This document shows positions 51,218 to 61,295 of a stretch of 64,000 nucleotides of DNA, one piece after another (position 1 is the first letter of the stretch; each line of letters begins with the position of its first letter). This DNA comes from Hydrogenothermaceae bacterium (lineage in GTDB: Bacteria > Aquificota > Aquificia > Aquificales > Hydrogenothermaceae): contig JBEULE010000042.1 in the NCBI GenBank assembly GCA_041287495.1, positions 6,139-70,138 on the forward strand, read 5' to 3'. The notes beneath the pieces were generated by a model. That model was given only the letters and a program-made list of their open reading frames with translations. It made no database searches and was not told the DNA's origin. The position numbers were made by a program, and so were the translations under genes.

Positions 51218-51490
51218 TTATATCTGCATCATCTCTTTATACTTATCAACAACAGCTCTCCTTATCATCTCTGAGAAATCTTTATCAAGAGGTTGAATTA
51301 TGTCTATAAATTTTCCGGAAGAACTTCTCTTTTTTGGAAAACTTAGAAAAAGTCCACCGGTTTTTGACTGAACTATCTTTATATCTTTAATAAGTAAAAT
51401 ATCATCTATTACAACTTCTGCCACAGCTCTAACCCTACCGCCTATCTTTCCTGTATCAAATGGATATACCTTTACTTCTGTTATTTTCAT
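51218..51490 (-). CDS. spoVG: SpoVG-family protein
   Basis: 90 aa. MKITEVKVYPF...GGLFLSFPKKR. Confidence 0.85.
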   Translation of the reverse strand: MKITEVKVYPFDTGKIGGRVRAVAEVVIDDILLIKDIKIVQSKTGGLFLSFPKKRSSSGKFIDIIQPLDKDFSEMIRRAVVDKYKEMMQI

Positions 51491-51494
51491 ACTT

Positions 51495-52469
51495 TTACAT
51501 TGAAAGGATATTGTTAAGTTGATAATCTTCTATATTCGGAACCCTGATTTTACCAAAAGATATAGATAGAGGTTTTGTAACTATCTTTCCACTTTCAAAA
51601 GCTACCATGAAATTTTTTTCACCTTCAACCAACTTCTTGACAGCAAAGTATCCAAATCTTGATGCCATAATCCTATCATAAGCTGTAGGGGAACCACCTC
51701 TCTGAATATATCCTAAAACAGAGTACCTTATCTCACCTACACCTTTATCTTTTAACCTTTCATTAAGTATCTCTGAAAGCTGTTTTGCAGATGTTACTCC
51801 TTCTGCGAGAACTATTATTGCAAAATTTTTACCCATCTGTTTTGACTTTAGTATCTTTTCCTCTATAATATGAAGAGGATATGGATATTCAGGAATGATG
51901 GTAATTTCTGCTCCAGTTGCTATTCCAACTTCTAAGGCTATAAATCCACTATCTCTTCCCATTACCTCAACTATAAATATTCTCTCATGAGAAACAGTTG
52001 TATCTTTTATTTTGTCTATAGCATCCATAGCGTTATTTACAGCTGTATCAAAACCTATAGCATACTCTGTCCCGTATATATCGTTATCTATAGTCTTTGG
52101 TATCCCTACAACATTTAAATCAAACTCTGAAGATAGGAGATTTGCACCTTGAAAACTACCGTTTCCACCTATAACTATTAAACTGTCTATACCTAACTTT
52201 TTAAGATTCTCATATGCTAACTTACGGAAGTTATAATCCTTGAATCTTGGTTCCCTGGCTGTAAGTAAAATCGTCCCTCCTTTCTGAAGGATACCTGCTA
52301 CAGATTTATAGTTAAGAATAGTATAATCTTCCTCTATCAAACCTTTAAAACCTCTTTTAAAGCCGTAAACTTCTAGTGAGTAAAAAGAAGCAGTCCGGAC
52401 AACAGCCCTTATACAGGCATTAAGTCCTGGACAGTCTCCACCACTTGTGATTAATCCAACTTTCTTCAT
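51495..52469 (-). CDS. pfkA: ATP-dependent 6-phosphofructokinase
   Basis: 324 aa. GGDCPGLNA and GGNGS motifs. Confidence 0.9.
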   Translation of the reverse strand: MKKVGLITSGGDCPGLNACIRAVVRTASFYSLEVYGFKRGFKGLIEEDYTILNYKSVAGILQKGGTILLTAREPRFKDYNFRKLAYENLKKLGIDSLIVIGGNGSFQGANLLSSEFDLNVVGIPKTIDNDIYGTEYAIGFDTAVNNAMDAIDKIKDTTVSHERIFIVEVMGRDSGFIALEVGIATGAEITIIPEYPYPLHIIEEKILKSKQMGKNFAIIVLAEGVTSAKQLSEILNERLKDKGVGEIRYSVLGYIQRGGSPTAYDRIMASRFGYFAVKKLVEGEKNFMVAFESGKIVTKPLSISFGKIRVPNIEDYQLNNILSM

Positions 52470-52747
52470 TACTTAATCATATAACAATAATCAGAAGCTT
52501 GTGCCATCTCAGGAATTATATCTCCAGTTTCTTTATTCACATAGAGTTTTCTAACATTAGATATTCCCTCATATCCTTTTAGATAAACTTCGCCTATATA
52601 GTATTTCTGATTTTCACATACAGATATGGTGTAATTCTTAGTGTCTCCAAAATACTGAGCCATCTTTTTCTCAGCATCAGCCTTTGTTATTGCAAAAGAT
52701 GAAGTTGTGATAAACAACAATGCTAAGGTAAAAACTAATCTTTTCAT
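52469..52747 (-). CDS. small secreted protein (PepSY-like)
   Basis: 92 aa with a signal peptide. Its stop overlaps the pfkA start (TAATG). Confidence 0.35.
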   Translation of the reverse strand: MKRLVFTLALLFITTSSFAITKADAEKKMAQYFGDTKNYTISVCENQKYYIGEVYLKGYEGISNVRKLYVNKETGDIIPEMAQASDYCYMIK

Positions 52748-52791
52748 CTTAACACCTCCTAAAATTAGTTTTAAAATTTTATCAGATTTTT

Positions 52792-53850
52792 TTAAATGAT
52801 GATACCTCCTCCAAGAAGTATATCATCCTGATATACTGCCAAGATTTGTCCAGAAGCAAACTTTGGTTGAGGTTCTTTAAAATAAAAAGTTAAAAATTCT
52901 CCATCAAACTCAAAACTTTTTACTTCAACTGGTTTTTGTCTATATCTTCCTTGAACTTTTATATTTTTCCACAATTTTATATCAACAAAAAAGTTAAAAT
53001 CCTTTACCTTTACATAATCACTTAACAAATACTCTTTCTCTCCTACTACAACAGTGTTTTTTTCGATATTTTTATCTATCACATAAAGAGGTTCCTTCCA
53101 TGGAATAGATAAACCTCTCCTCTGACCTATAGTATATGCAGAGAGACCTCTGTGTCTTCCCAATACTTTTCCAGATATATGTATGATATCTCCAGTCTCT
53201 TCTTTAATTCCTATATCTGACAGGTAGATGTAAGGTTCTTTTCCAGCTGTAAAACATATCTCAAAACTTTCTTTCTTTTGAGATACAGGTAAATTATAAT
53301 CAAAAGCTATCTTTCTAACTTTCTCTTTTGTTAAGTCTCCGATTGGAAATATAAGCATATCAATAACATCATGGGGAACAAGTGATAAAAAGTAAGATTG
53401 ATCTTTGTTTAAATCAGAACCTCTTAAAATTACTTTTCCTATACCATCTATCTCTTTAGTCTTTATATAATGTCCGGTTGCAAGGTTATCTACTTTAAGA
53501 ACTTTTTTTACATACCTTGCAAGAAGTCCTATTTTTACATCCCTATTACAGATAGCACAAGGGTTTGGAGTTTTTCCATTTAAAAGTTCATTTACAAAAT
53601 AGTTTATAACCTTATCTTTAAATATGTCTTGCCAATCTATAACAAAATGGGGAATCCCAAGAAAATTTGCTACTTTCTTCGCATCAAGTATATCCTTAGT
53701 AGAACAGCAAACCTGTAAATTTGGATCACATGAATCAACAGAGGAAAGTTTTAATGTTACACCGATAACATCATAACCTTGCTGTTTAAGTAAGAGAGCA
53801 GAGACGCTACTATCTACGCCTCCGCTTAGAGCAACAGCAACTTTTTTCAT
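52792..53850 (-). CDS. mnmA: tRNA 2-thiouridine(34) synthase MnmA
   Basis: 352 aa. PP-loop SGGVDSSV. Confidence 0.9.
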   Translation of the reverse strand: MKKVAVALSGGVDSSVSALLLKQQGYDVIGVTLKLSSVDSCDPNLQVCCSTKDILDAKKVANFLGIPHFVIDWQDIFKDKVINYFVNELLNGKTPNPCAICNRDVKIGLLARYVKKVLKVDNLATGHYIKTKEIDGIGKVILRGSDLNKDQSYFLSLVPHDVIDMLIFPIGDLTKEKVRKIAFDYNLPVSQKKESFEICFTAGKEPYIYLSDIGIKEETGDIIHISGKVLGRHRGLSAYTIGQRRGLSIPWKEPLYVIDKNIEKNTVVVGEKEYLLSDYVKVKDFNFFVDIKLWKNIKVQGRYRQKPVEVKSFEFDGEFLTFYFKEPQPKFASGQILAVYQDDILLGGGIII

Positions 53851-55062
53851 TTACTTGACAAGTTCGCCTATCTTGAATATCGGCAAGTATAGCGCTATAA
53901 GTATAAATCCTACTATACCACCTATAAAAACCATTAACATAGGTTCAAGTAGAGATACAAGTGCATCTACTTCTCTATCTACTTCATCTTCATAAAAATT
54001 TGCTATAGTATCAAGCATCTCATCAATTCTTCCTGTATTCTCTCCAATATTTACCATAGCAGTAAACATAAGCGGGAAGTAATTTTTGTCAAGAGATGCG
54101 GCTAAATTTCTTCCTTTTTCTACTTCTAATTTTGTCTTTTCAAGAGATTTCTCAATTAAAACATTCCCAACAGTCTTTGAAGATATCTCTATGGCTCTTA
54201 AGATAGGCACACCACCGTTTATAAGTGTTGCTAATGTTCTTGCAAACTTAGCTAAGGCTCCTTTGTGAAATACATTTTTTAAAACCGGGATTTTTAAAAA
54301 TAACCTATGATAAAACTCTTTTCCTGCAGGTGTTTTGTAGAAGTAAGAATTTCCTACTATCATAAACACTATGAAACCTAGTATATACAGGATGCTACTT
54401 CTGATAGAGTTACTCATGTTAATAAGTATCTGTGTTAAAAAGGGAAGCTCTCCCCCAAAACTATCATATATCTGAGCAAATGTAGGAACTACAAATGTCA
54501 GTATCCCACCTACTATTACTGTAGCTATAACAACAACGGCAATAGGATACCAAGAAGCACTTTTTATTTTACCTTTTATCATAGCTATCTTTTCGTAATA
54601 AGTAGTTGCCCTTTTCAAAATTTCATCCAATTTACCGGACTCCTCTGCCGCTCCAATAAGATTTATCATAAACTCTGGAAATACATTTGGGAACTTTGAC
54701 ATGGATTTGAATAGGGAGTTACCGGATAACACATCATCCTTGACCTTCAGCAGCGTTTCTCTCAGAGTTTTATTCGGAAGTTGCTCAGCTAGTATCTCAA
54801 GAGCAGCTGCAATAGATATACCTGCTCCCAGCATAGCACCAAGCTGCCTTGAGAATATAGCTAGATCCCTTTCCGTAACTTTAGGCTTAAACAGAGACAC
54901 TTCCTTTTTTATACCTTCGATTTTCTTTTGGACGGATATTTGAATATCTCTAAAACCTTGCTGTGCCAAATTTTCTTCAGCAAGCTGTATAGATTCTGCC
55001 TCTATAACTCCCTTTCTGACGAATCCATAAGAATCCCTTGCTACATAGTTAAATCTAGGCAT
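53851..55062 (-). CDS. pilC: type IV pilus assembly platform protein PilC / GspF family
   Basis: 403 aa with duplicated GspF domains and three TM segments. Confidence 0.85.
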   Translation of the reverse strand: MPRFNYVARDSYGFVRKGVIEAESIQLAEENLAQQGFRDIQISVQKKIEGIKKEVSLFKPKVTERDLAIFSRQLGAMLGAGISIAAALEILAEQLPNKTLRETLLKVKDDVLSGNSLFKSMSKFPNVFPEFMINLIGAAEESGKLDEILKRATTYYEKIAMIKGKIKSASWYPIAVVVIATVIVGGILTFVVPTFAQIYDSFGGELPFLTQILINMSNSIRSSILYILGFIVFMIVGNSYFYKTPAGKEFYHRLFLKIPVLKNVFHKGALAKFARTLATLINGGVPILRAIEISSKTVGNVLIEKSLEKTKLEVEKGRNLAASLDKNYFPLMFTAMVNIGENTGRIDEMLDTIANFYEDEVDREVDALVSLLEPMLMVFIGGIVGFILIALYLPIFKIGELVK

Positions 55063-55075
55063 ATTAAAACCTCTT

Positions 55076-56158
55076 TTAAATTGTTCTTACCATCCTTTTA
55101 AGTTCCTCTGGATCCGGACTTATCCTAAGACCATCTTCTAAAGTTATAAGGTTATTTCTAATTGCATTTACTATAGATTGGTTCATCGTCTGCATACCGC
55201 TTTCAGCCTGACCTGTCTGCATAAGACCGTATATCTGATGGATCTTATTTTCCCTTATAAGGTTCCTAATCGCAGTATTCGGGACCATAACTTCGTGTAT
55301 TAATACTCTCCCTCCTCCTATCTTAGGTAGCAATCTTTGTGATATTACACCCTGAAGGACAAAGCTAAGTTCTGTTCGTATCTGATCCTGTTCTTCCATA
55401 GGGAATACATTTATTATACGATTTATAGTTTGAACAGCTGTGTTTGTATGTAATGTCCCAAAAACAAGGTGACCAGTCTCTGCTGCCGTTAAAGCTGCTC
55501 TTATAGTTTCTAAATCCCTCATCTCACCGACAAGTATAACATCAGGGTCTTCCCTGAGGGCGTATTTAAGAGCATTTGCAAAAGAGTCTGTATCTGTTCC
55601 AACTTCCCTCTGTGCTATAACAGATTTTTTATGTTGATAAACATACTCTATTGGATCTTCAATTGTAATTATATGATGGGGGAAATTTGCGTTTATGTAA
55701 TCTATCATCGAAGCAAGGGTTGTAGTTTTACCTGAGCCTGTTGGCCCTGTAACTAAAACTAATCCCATACTTAACTTACATAGATCTTTAACTTTAGGTA
55801 TAAGCCCCAACTCTTCAATAGGTTTTATCTCATAAGGAATCCTTCTCAAAGCAGCTGCAACAGTTCCCCTCTGATAGAACACGTTAACCCTAAATCTCCC
55901 TATACCTCTTATACCAAAAGAAAAGTCCAACTCCTTCCTCTCTTCGAAAGTCTTTCTCTGCTTTTCATTCATAAAAGAGTATATAAGCTGTTGAGAATCT
56001 TTAGGAGTTAGAACCGGGTAACCTACCATTGGTATTAATTTTCCATCAACACGGATAGCTGGTGGAAGACCCGCTGTTATGTGTATATCCGATGCTTTTC
56101 TGGATACGGCTTCTCTAGCAATTTCATCAATAGATAAAGATTTAACTTCTTCAACCAT
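55076..56158 (-). CDS. pilT: type IV pilus retraction ATPase PilT
   Basis: 360 aa. Walker A GPTGSGKTT and PilT-length secretion ATPase. Confidence 0.85.
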   Translation of the reverse strand: MVEEVKSLSIDEIAREAVSRKASDIHITAGLPPAIRVDGKLIPMVGYPVLTPKDSQQLIYSFMNEKQRKTFEERKELDFSFGIRGIGRFRVNVFYQRGTVAAALRRIPYEIKPIEELGLIPKVKDLCKLSMGLVLVTGPTGSGKTTTLASMIDYINANFPHHIITIEDPIEYVYQHKKSVIAQREVGTDTDSFANALKYALREDPDVILVGEMRDLETIRAALTAAETGHLVFGTLHTNTAVQTINRIINVFPMEEQDQIRTELSFVLQGVISQRLLPKIGGGRVLIHEVMVPNTAIRNLIRENKIHQIYGLMQTGQAESGMQTMNQSIVNAIRNNLITLEDGLRISPDPEELKRMVRTI

Positions 56159-56169
56159 CTTATACCCCT

Positions 56170-57906
56170 TTATTTCATTAATACTCTTTCTATCTCTGCA
56201 ATATCTGTTAAACCCTTTTTCATCTTAATAAGTCCATCCTGATAGAGGGTTCTCATACCACTTTTTATAGCTATCTCCCTTATATCATCAACTGGTCTAT
56301 CATTAATTATAGCTTTTCTTATATTTTCGTCAATTTTTAAAATTTCATGAACAGCTGTTCTACCTTTATAACCTGTATGTCCACACTTTTCACAACCTTT
56401 AGGGTTATGGACAAAAAACTGCCCATTCTCTATATCTTCATCAGAGTATCCTAAACCTTTCAAAAATTCCTTATCGTAGTTTGCTGGCTGTTTACAGTTA
56501 TTACACAATTTTCTTATTAACCTCTGAGCAACTATTGTATTTACAGCTGTTGAAACAAGAAATTTTTCAACACCTATATCAACTAACCTTGTAATAGATG
56601 AAGGTGCATCGTTTGTGTGAAGAGTTGAAAACACCAAGTGTCCAGTTAAAGCAGCTTTAACACCTATCTCCGCTGTCTCTTTATCCCTTATCTCACCTAT
56701 AAGGATAATATCCGGGTCCTGTCTCAAAAAGGCTCTCAAAGCAGCGGCAAACGACAATCCTACCTCTTCTTTTATCTGAACCTGATTTATTCCGGCTATA
56801 GATACTTCAACAGGATCCTCTGCCGTCATAATATTAACATCTTCTTTATTTCTCTCCATCAAGGCTGCATATAAAGTTGTAGTCTTACCTGAACCTGTAG
56901 GTCCAGTAACCAAAACCATTCCCCATGGACTGTAAATTGCCTCTCTTATTTTAACAAGGTCGTCTGCCTCAAATCCAAGATCTTCAAGTTTAATAGAAAG
57001 GTAACTTTCAGCATCCTGAATCCTCATAACAACTTTTTCACCGTATACAGTAGGTAGTGTAGAAACCCTTAGATCTATCCTCCTACCATTTATACTTACC
57101 CTTATCCTTCCGTCCTGTGGAACTCTCTTTTCAGATATATCTAAATTTGACATTATCTTAAACCTTGAAACCAGAGCATCTTTAATAGATACGTTAAATC
57201 TTTGGACAGTCCTTAAAATTCCATCTATCCTGTATCTAATTCTAACTTCCTTTTCAAAAGGCTCTATATGTATATCAGAAGCTCCTTGAACTACTGCATT
57301 ATATATTATCAACTTTGAAGCTTTTACAATTGGACTTTCTTCTGCTTCTGCCCTTAAGAGATCCTCTGAAGTTTTCTCCTCTTTAGTCTGCTCTTCAACT
57401 ACTTCAGCCTCTAAATCTAACTCATTTAGCAGATCCTTTTCAGGCATTAAAACAGAAATTGACCTTAGAAGCTCATCTATCTCTTTTAGTGTTGCAACTA
57501 AAATTTCAACACTCCTTGCATTTAGATTAAATTTAAGCTGATTTACAGACTCTTTATCTGTTGGATTTAGCATAGCCAATCTTAAATAACCGTTAGAGTA
57601 ATCAAAAGGCACCAACTTTCTTTTTTGTAGAAAATTGTAAGACAGATTCTTCAAAGCTTCTTTATCTATATTCAGTTTATGTATATTCGGATCAAAAGGT
57701 TTATACCCAAGAAATTTAACAAAAAACTCCTTTACTTTCTCTTGGTTTGCAATACCTTCATTTATTAAATAGACCAACACATCTGTAAAATGTTTATCCG
57801 GTGTTATATTTGGATTTCCCCTTACCTTCTCAACGGGAACTATCCCTTCATCAAACATCTTTCTAAGAACAAGAAAAACCCTCTTTTTTATGAAATCTTG
57901 TTCCAT
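56170..57906 (-). CDS. pilB: type IV pilus assembly ATPase PilB / GspE family
   Basis: 578 aa. N-terminal GSPII-like domain, Walker A GPTGSGKTT, and the tetracysteine CNNC..CEKC. Confidence 0.85.
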   Translation of the reverse strand: MEQDFIKKRVFLVLRKMFDEGIVPVEKVRGNPNITPDKHFTDVLVYLINEGIANQEKVKEFFVKFLGYKPFDPNIHKLNIDKEALKNLSYNFLQKRKLVPFDYSNGYLRLAMLNPTDKESVNQLKFNLNARSVEILVATLKEIDELLRSISVLMPEKDLLNELDLEAEVVEEQTKEEKTSEDLLRAEAEESPIVKASKLIIYNAVVQGASDIHIEPFEKEVRIRYRIDGILRTVQRFNVSIKDALVSRFKIMSNLDISEKRVPQDGRIRVSINGRRIDLRVSTLPTVYGEKVVMRIQDAESYLSIKLEDLGFEADDLVKIREAIYSPWGMVLVTGPTGSGKTTTLYAALMERNKEDVNIMTAEDPVEVSIAGINQVQIKEEVGLSFAAALRAFLRQDPDIILIGEIRDKETAEIGVKAALTGHLVFSTLHTNDAPSSITRLVDIGVEKFLVSTAVNTIVAQRLIRKLCNNCKQPANYDKEFLKGLGYSDEDIENGQFFVHNPKGCEKCGHTGYKGRTAVHEILKIDENIRKAIINDRPVDDIREIAIKSGMRTLYQDGLIKMKKGLTDIAEIERVLMK

Positions 57907-57969
57907 ATTATTACCCTACATTGTTTTTATATAATATAATTATAAACCAAAAACAGAAAGGAGAAAGAT

Positions 57970-59319
57970 TTGTTAAAGAGAATAAAGAGGATACTTATAG
58001 CAAACAGAGGAGAGATAGCTGTTAGAGCAATTAGAGCTATTAGAGAACTTGAAGGTGAGTCTGTTGCAGTGTATTCAGAAGCAGATAAAAACTCTATCCA
58101 TAAAGAGCTTGCAGATATATCTATATGTATCGGACCATCTCCTTCCTCAAAAAGTTATTTAAATATTCCAGCTATACTGTCTGCTATTGATTTAACCCAT
58201 TCTGATGCAGTTTATCCTGGATACGGATTTTTAGCAGAAAATCCTAACTTCGCAAATATATGTGAAAGGTCTAATATAAAGTTCATAGGACCATCTTCAA
58301 AAACCCTTAGCTTAACCGGAGATAAGGCAGCTGCTAGAAAAGCTGCTCAGGAAGCAGGAGTTCCAATAATACCTGGAAGTCCTCCGGTTAAAGATATTAA
58401 AGATGCTTTAGAGATAGCTCAAAACATAGGCTATCCTGTTCTGATTAAGGCAGCTGCCGGAGGTGGTGGAAGAGGAATGAGGGTTGCAAACAATGAACAG
58501 GAACTTGTGAGATTACTACCTATAGCCCAGAGAGAAGCGGAAACTGCCTTCGGTGATAAGACAGTTTACATAGAAAAATTTATAAAAAATCCAAAACATA
58601 TAGAGATACAGATACTGGCAGATGAATACGGAAATGTTATCTATGTATCAGATAGAGAATGTTCAATTCAGAGAAGACATCAGAAACTTTTAGAGGAGGC
58701 TCTCTCTCCTTTTATAACTGAAGAAGTTAGAAAGAAGATGGGAGAAGCGGCAGTTAGATTTGCAAAACATGTTGGATTTACAGGAGCCGGAACAGTAGAG
58801 TTTATAGTTGATAAAGATATGAATTTCTACTTTATAGAGATGAATGGAAGGATACAGGTTGAGCATCCGGTAAGTGAGATGATAACCGGTATTGATTTGG
58901 TGGCATGGCAGATAAGAATAGCTGATGGACAGAAGTTAAACATAAAACAGCAGGATATAAAATGGAATGGACACGCTATAGAGTTTAGGATAAATGCAGA
59001 AGACCCAGTGTCTTTTACACCATCTCCAGGAACAATATCAAAACTGTACATTCCAGGAGGATTCGGGGTAAGGGTAGACACACATATATATCAGGGATAC
59101 ACAATACCCCCTTTCTATGACTCATTGATAGCAAAGCTAATAGTGTGGGGGAAAACTAGAGAGGAAGCTATAGAAAGAGGGAAAAGAGCTTTAAGAGAGT
59201 TTATAATCGAAGGTGTAAAAACAACAATTCCTTTTCATCTAAAGATTTTAGAACATCCGGAGTTTTTAAAAGGAACTTACACAACTTCTTTAGTTGATAG
59301 GGAGTTTTTAAAGAGATGA
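57970..59319 (+). CDS. accC: biotin carboxylase subunit
   Basis: 449 aa ATP-grasp biotin carboxylase (GGGGRGMR). TTG start behind AAAGGAG. Confidence 0.85.
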   Translation: MLKRIKRILIANRGEIAVRAIRAIRELEGESVAVYSEADKNSIHKELADISICIGPSPSSKSYLNIPAILSAIDLTHSDAVYPGYGFLAENPNFANICERSNIKFIGPSSKTLSLTGDKAAARKAAQEAGVPIIPGSPPVKDIKDALEIAQNIGYPVLIKAAAGGGGRGMRVANNEQELVRLLPIAQREAETAFGDKTVYIEKFIKNPKHIEIQILADEYGNVIYVSDRECSIQRRHQKLLEEALSPFITEEVRKKMGEAAVRFAKHVGFTGAGTVEFIVDKDMNFYFIEMNGRIQVEHPVSEMITGIDLVAWQIRIADGQKLNIKQQDIKWNGHAIEFRINAEDPVSFTPSPGTISKLYIPGGFGVRVDTHIYQGYTIPPFYDSLIAKLIVWGKTREEAIERGKRALREFIIEGVKTTIPFHLKILEHPEFLKGTYTTSLVDREFLKR

Positions 59320-59954
59320 AAATAAAAAAGATAACCGTCGGCTTTATTCAGGAGAACTGTTATATAGTTTTTGATGAGAAAACTAAAGATGCTGTTGTAA
59401 TAGACCCAGGAGCAGACGGTAAATACATAGTAGAAGAGCTTAAAGGACTAAATTTAAAAGCTATTTTAGCAACCCACGGACATATAGACCATGTAGGACA
59501 GGTAGGGTATTTGAAGGGTTTATTTGATGTACCGTTTTATCTAAACTTCAAAGATATATTTTTAACAAATGAAGAACTGTTTCCATCTTTTGCTAAAGCT
59601 CTTAATGCCTATAAATGTCCCGAGCCGGATTTTGACCTTGAAAATATAGATAGATTAGAGATAGGAAGTTTAAAATTTGATGTTATAAAGACACCAGGGC
59701 ACACACCGGGAGGGGTTTGCTTTTACAGTAAAGAGGATAGATTTATTATAGTGGGAGATACACTTTTTGCAGGTAGTATAGGAAGAACAGATTTACCAGG
59801 TGGAGATGCTAAGGAGTTAGAAAAATCTTTAAATAAACTTATGGAACTTCCAGAAGAAACTGTTGTTTACAGTGGACATGGTATTAACACAACAATAGGA
59901 AAAGAGAAAAAAACAAATCCATTTATTACAGGAAGGTTTAAACTAAAATGGTAA
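59316..59954 (+). CDS. MBL-fold metallo-hydrolase (glyoxalase II-like)
   Basis: 212 aa. HGHIDH motif. Confidence 0.75.
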   Translation: MKIKKITVGFIQENCYIVFDEKTKDAVVIDPGADGKYIVEELKGLNLKAILATHGHIDHVGQVGYLKGLFDVPFYLNFKDIFLTNEELFPSFAKALNAYKCPEPDFDLENIDRLEIGSLKFDVIKTPGHTPGGVCFYSKEDRFIIVGDTLFAGSIGRTDLPGGDAKELEKSLNKLMELPEETVVYSGHGINTTIGKEKKTNPFITGRFKLKW

Positions 59955-60790
59955 ATATAGGAACTCATGTATCTTCATCTAAATCTTTAGATTTAGTATT
60001 TGATAGAGGATTAGAAGTAGGAGCAAATTCTATACAGTTTTTTCTCAGGTCTCCAAGAAGCTGGACTTGGATAGAGAGAACAGATAAGGAGAAAGAGTTA
60101 TTTATTAAAAAATCAAAGGAAACAGGTATCTATCCTACTGTTGTCCATGCTTCCTACCTTTTTAACCTTGCCTCTGATGAAGAAGAACTTTTCAATAAAT
60201 CTGTAAAAGGTGTCATAGAAGAGCTACTTCTCTGTGAAGAGTTAAAAATAGATTACTATGTGATACATGCCGGCAAAACGAAGGGAAGGTCTAAAAAAGA
60301 AGGTATAGATAGAATACATCAAGGTTTTGAAATCATCTTTAAGAATGTAAATTTAAAACATTGCTACTTTTTAGTTGAAACTCTTGCTGGACAGAAAGGG
60401 GAAGTAGGAGAAAATACCCAAGAGATAAAACAGTTGATAGAGCCTTTTAAAGATTTAAATGTAGGTGTTTGTATAGATACATGCCATCTATTTGCAAGTG
60501 GATACCACATAGATACAGTAGAAGGACTAAATGATTACAAGAGAGAGTTTGATGGTTTAATAGGATTAGGTAGGATAAAAGTCGTCCACTGTAACGACTC
60601 AAAGACTCCTTTTGGGTCAAAAAAAGATAGACACGAACATATAGGTGAAGGATACATAGGTCTTAAAGGTTTTGAAGTTATAATAAACGACAGTTTTTTA
60701 AAAACTTTACCATTCATACTTGAAACTCCTAAGGAAGATAATATGGATATAATTAACATAAAAAGATTAAGAAGTTTAGAGCACCCGTAG
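59948..60790 (+). CDS. nfo: endonuclease IV
   Basis: 280 aa. HASYLFNLA, VCIDTCHLFASGY and DRHEHIGEGYIG motifs. Confidence 0.85.
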   Translation: MVNIGTHVSSSKSLDLVFDRGLEVGANSIQFFLRSPRSWTWIERTDKEKELFIKKSKETGIYPTVVHASYLFNLASDEEELFNKSVKGVIEELLLCEELKIDYYVIHAGKTKGRSKKEGIDRIHQGFEIIFKNVNLKHCYFLVETLAGQKGEVGENTQEIKQLIEPFKDLNVGVCIDTCHLFASGYHIDTVEGLNDYKREFDGLIGLGRIKVVHCNDSKTPFGSKKDRHEHIGEGYIGLKGFEVIINDSFLKTLPFILETPKEDNMDIINIKRLRSLEHP

Positions 60791-60854
60791 CTCAGCTGGA
60801 TAGAGCATCGGCTTCCGGAGCCGACGGTCGCAGGTTCAAATCCTGCCGGGTGCA
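60781..60854 (+). tRNA. tRNA-Arg (anticodon CCG)
   Basis: GCACCCGTAGCTCAGCTGGATAGAGCATCGGCTTCCGGAGCCGACGGTCGCAGGTTCAAATCCTGCCGGGTGCA. Its first 10 nt overlap the last codons and stop of nfo. Confidence 0.85.
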
Positions 60855-61295
60855 TTAATTATTAACTTTTTTTAAGGTTTCTTTTAAAAATTTTCTTAAA
60901 TTTTCCTCTGTAACAGCCCCATATATTGTAAGCAACTTTCTTCCGGATGGAGAAATTATATAGGTTGTCGGAGTTCCCATAGTTGGAAATAAAACATTAT
61001 TATTAGGATTGTTAGCATATATGGGAAAATTTCTGTCTTGAAAATTATTCTCCTTACCATCCAAGGCAAATCCATATATAACAAATTTATCTTTAAACTC
61101 CGGCTCTTTTAAAACTTTCTTAAAAATTGGTATCTCAGCCATACAATATCTACAGGAGTAAGCCATAAAGTTTAAAATGATGATTTTATCTTGAGGTAGA
61201 GGAACCTCATTTCCAGATTTGTCATAGAGCCTTACTTTAGAAAGTCCAAAAGAAAATCCAATTATTAGAATTACAAGTAGTATTATATATCTCAT
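60855..61295 (-). CDS. TlpA/ResA-like thiol-disulfide oxidoreductase (thioredoxin fold, CxxC)
   Basis: 146 aa. N-terminal anchor and the CRYC motif. Confidence 0.6.
   Translation of the reverse strand: MRYIILLVILIIGFSFGLSKVRLYDKSGNEVPLPQDKIIILNFMAYSCRYCMAEIPIFKKVLKEPEFKDKFVIYGFALDGKENNFQDRNFPIYANNPNNNVLFPTMGTPTTYIISPSGRKLLTIYGAVTEENLRKFLKETLKKVNN

Noticed and set aside
60535-60855. 106-aa minus-strand ORF
   Set aside because: Antisense to the tRNA-Arg(CCG) gene and the 3' end of nfo. An artefact of GC-rich tRNA sequence.
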